From Planctomycetota bacterium (GTDB lineage Bacteria; Planctomycetota; B15-G4; JADJEK01), in NCBI GenBank assembly GCA_044225365.1, contig JBGAIQ010000002.1, forward strand, positions 64,001 through 128,000: a stretch of 64,000 nucleotides of DNA. Reading direction: 5' to 3'. The notes under the pieces were generated by a model, which saw nothing but the letters and a program-made list of their open reading frames with translations, did not search any database and was not told the origin of the DNA. Each line of letters opens with the position of its first letter. Positions within the stretch are counted from its first letter, which is position 1. The position numbers were made by a program, and so were the translations under genes. Positions 61,536 to 64,000 of the stretch are shown here, piece after piece.

Positions 61536-61860
61536 CTACGCAGTCGATGGATTTCCCGAAACGGTGACTTTCACGGTGGTCGCTCCGCGTAGTGCCTTCG
61601 TCCCTCCCCGGGGCGACATGCTTTCCACCCCGTGCGGCGTGAGTATCGCGATGTCGGTCTCGTGGCCGATCCGGAATAGGACGTCGCGGAAGTAGATCTT
61701 CGGATCGAGCCCGACCGCTGGCCAGTTCATTCGACTCGCGGCGAACGGTCGAAGCCCGCACTCGGCGCGGTTGTTATCGAACCCGGTCCGACCGTCGTCG
61801 AGGAAGGTCTGTAGCGCCGCGCATTGATTCCGTCTGTAGCGGCGGGAAAGACCCTTTACT
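61536..61860 (-). pseudogene. IS66 transposase C-terminal remnant, internally deleted
   Basis: Reads YRRNQCAALQTFLDDGRTGFDNNRAECGLRPFAASRMNW|PAVGLDPKIYFRDVLFRI, matching IS66 DNN-AER-LRP..RKNW and G-DP-YLRDVL motifs. Confidence 0.85.
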
Positions 61861-61898
61861 GCTGGTGCCCTGGAGCGGGCACGAGACCGATCCCGAGA

Positions 61899-62338
61899 AA
61901 GGACGCGCGATCCCGGCGCGCGCGATCCGACTCGACGCTGCGGAGATCGTCATCGAGGAAGGGACGAAGACGGATTCGCAGGCGCTCTACGAAGCGATCG
62001 TCCGCAAGCCGCCGATCCTCGGCGCGGAGACCTTGGAGATCGCATCGAACACCTTCGCTCGGATGGGTCGACGCAGTCCTCTCGTGCTCGAACAGGCGCT
62101 CGCCGCGCAGCGCCCTGTGGAGCAGTTGCTCGTCTTCCGAGTGCTCGCGAGTTCGCTGGGGCTCGATGACGCCGCGGAACAGCAAGCCGCTCGATGATCT
62201 TCGCGTCGCTCGCCGTGGGAGCGTTCGGAGGACGGCTCGAAGTCGCGATCGACCGGCTGGCACACGATCCGAACCCGGAGGTCGCCGCGATCGCCCACAC
62301 GGCGCCGAAGCGAGATCGCAGCAACGGCGGGAAGTGAA
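61899..62338 (+). pseudogene. Truncated, internally deleted duplicate of the HEAT gene 3' end
   Basis: No 5' part; lacks ~481 bp (56586-57066 equivalent), giving a frameshift (QQAAR-stop). Confidence 0.9.
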
Positions 62339-62347
62339 CGACCGCAC

Positions 62348-62404
62348 GGACCGCCGGGCCGGACCGGCATCTTACTAATGATGCCGGGCGGAGCCCGGCG
62401 GTCC
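62348..62404. repeat. Inverted pair of REP-like palindromes (BIME-like), possible bidirectional terminator
   Basis: GGACCGCCGGGCCGGACCGGCATC-8nt-GATGCCGGGCGGAGCCCGGCGGTCC. Confidence 0.75.
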
Positions 62405-62415
62405 GAGAGGAGCGC

Positions 62416-63981
62416 TCAGCGCTTTTCGAGCCAGGGGCGGATGAAGTTCGCGAGGGCCTCGCCCACGATCTCGTTGCCGCGGCGGTTGAGGTGGGTATCG
62501 CGCAGGGAGTAGACGTGATGTTTGCCGTCGGGGGGTGACTTCGGGGGAGGCGCGCTTCGCAACAACGGGAGGAGGTCGAGGTAGGGGATGTTCGCCGCGT
62601 CGAAGAACTCTTTGAGCAAGCGTTGGGGCCGATCGCGATCGAGCGCGAATCCAGCGGCGCTCTTCTCGACCGAGTTCCACAAGTCGTCCTCGACCTGGAA
62701 TTCGTCCGGGATGATCACGCAGACGAGGGGGATTCGCCCGGCTCCCTGCTGCATCGCCCGCAGGGCGGCGAACATGGCGTCGGGAGGGGGCGAGTCGACT
62801 CGACATGCGCCGAGCGCGCGAATCACTTCGGTATTCAGGAAACGGCCGGGCGTCATCGTCTCCCGTTCGAGCGCGGGGTCGTCGAGCCACGGGAAGTGGC
62901 GGGCGAGTGCAACGGGATCGTTCGAATCACCCGCCGGAATCGCATGCTCGCCCGCGATCTCACCCGCGGCACGACCGAGCTCTCCCGACTCGGCATCGGC
63001 GATCCACAGCCGGCGCGGCACCTGGTAGAGCAGAAGATTCTCGGTGTCGAGCCAGTCGCCGCCGAACGACGAACCCGCGAATCGCCCCGCGGCGTCGAGG
63101 AAGTCGTTACCGACGAACAGCGACACGACGATGAGGTCGGGAGCGAGAGCGGAGACGTCGGATTGCAGCAGGTCGGCGTATTCGAACGGTCCGATGCCGG
63201 GCAGTCCGACGTTGCACACCTCGGCGCCGGTCTCTCGCTCGCACACGGTTCCGAAATGGAAGTAGTGCGGCACGATCCCGACGACGAACGAATCGCCGAT
63301 CAGCGCGACGCGGGGCTTGTCCGCCGCACCCTTCTGCCGCGGCTGCCATTCGTCGTCGTAGAACCCGCCCGAGTTGCAACGGAAACCGAAGCGATTCGTC
63401 CCCGGCGCATAGCGGGCCGCCGCGACGGCGTCGCTCACGCTTCCCGAGGCGCGTGAGAAGATCGGCGACGGCTTCCAATGCGCGAAGATGCGCAGCGTGA
63501 TCTCGCAGCAGAGGGCGAGCAGGCAGATCTGGAACAGGGCGAACCCGAAGCCGCTCCGAAGTCGTCGCGGCAGGGTCCGCTCGAGCCATGGCGAAAGGAG
63601 TCGCCACGAAACGAAGGCGAGCGATGCCGTCGCCAGGATCAAGAGCCCTTCCATGCGCCGATACGGTTGGACGAGCACGATCCCGGCGATCGACGACCCG
63701 ATGCAGCAGACGAACGCCGCGCGCAGCAGCCCGCCGATGGATGTTGAGACGGTCCCGCGCACGCGCCGCATTGCGACCCCGCCCGCCGCGATGCCCGCAG
63801 CCAGGATTGCGAGGAGCGCGACGTATCGCAGGTCGTAGATCGCGTACATCGGCAGTCGCCGCTGGAGCAGGTGTACCGTGACGTACACCAGATCCGCGAG
63901 CGCCGCAACGAGAAGGGCCGTCTCGGCCCAGTGCGCGAGCGAACGCGTGCCGCGCTCCCTCGGCGCGAGGGAATCGCTCAC
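62416..63981 (-). CDS. Membrane-anchored SGNH/GDSL hydrolase-like protein
   Basis: N-terminal TMs; LIGDSF, NVGLPG, FVGNDF, DTHLNRRGN (DxH) SGNH blocks. Confidence 0.85.
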   Translation of the reverse strand: MSDSLAPRERGTRSLAHWAETALLVAALADLVYVTVHLLQRRLPMYAIYDLRYVALLAILAAGIAAGGVAMRRVRGTVSTSIGGLLRAAFVCCIGSSIAGIVLVQPYRRMEGLLILATASLAFVSWRLLSPWLERTLPRRLRSGFGFALFQICLLALCCEITLRIFAHWKPSPIFSRASGSVSDAVAAARYAPGTNRFGFRCNSGGFYDDEWQPRQKGAADKPRVALIGDSFVVGIVPHYFHFGTVCERETGAEVCNVGLPGIGPFEYADLLQSDVSALAPDLIVVSLFVGNDFLDAAGRFAGSSFGGDWLDTENLLLYQVPRRLWIADAESGELGRAAGEIAGEHAIPAGDSNDPVALARHFPWLDDPALERETMTPGRFLNTEVIRALGACRVDSPPPDAMFAALRAMQQGAGRIPLVCVIIPDEFQVEDDLWNSVEKSAAGFALDRDRPQRLLKEFFDAANIPYLDLLPLLRSAPPPKSPPDGKHHVYSLRDTHLNRRGNEIVGEALANFIRPWLEKR

Positions 63982-64000
63982 GTCATCGCTTTCTCGTTTC

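Noticed and set aside
1-64000. Frequent GCGATCGC/CGATCG (HIP1-like) octamers
   Set aside because: Plausibly explained by GCG-ATC-GCN codon preference; cannot be claimed without an observed/expected calculation

Overview
High-GC bacterial chromosomal window, most consistent with a Planctomycetota-like organism: it has a DUF1501 plus DUF1549/DUF1553 cytochrome-c pair and a Ser/Thr kinase-FGE fusion. It carries about 47 likely genes. These include a lipid-linked glycosylation set (DPM1-like GT2, GT87-like, GT39-like, TMTC-like, ugd), two-component and sigma-54 regulators, panB, a MacAB-like ABC exporter, an ECF/anti-sigma pair, biotin carboxylase plus carrier, an S8 protease, and gcvT/gcvH with a lipoate ligase. 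The standout is a five-gene small-GTPase module at 44376-50967. It encodes a DUF4388-TPR-TM-PEGA-beta-propeller membrane protein, a TPR-roadblock fusion, a roadblock protein, an MglA with a ~190-aa linker and C-terminal membrane anchor, and a canonical MglB. Two sigma-28-like promoters lie in this module. At the right end is a ~4.6 kb island (a lipoprotein and two DUF1254/DUF1214 genes) with IS66 remnants and REP-like palindromes, bounded by a diverged, internally deleted duplicate of a host gene's 3' end. Also seen: an RGG-repeat protein with an apparent frameshift, a candidate structured ncRNA, heptamer repeats and a DnaA box. No tRNA, rRNA or CRISPR was recognised. All calls come from reading motifs by eye; no database searches were run.
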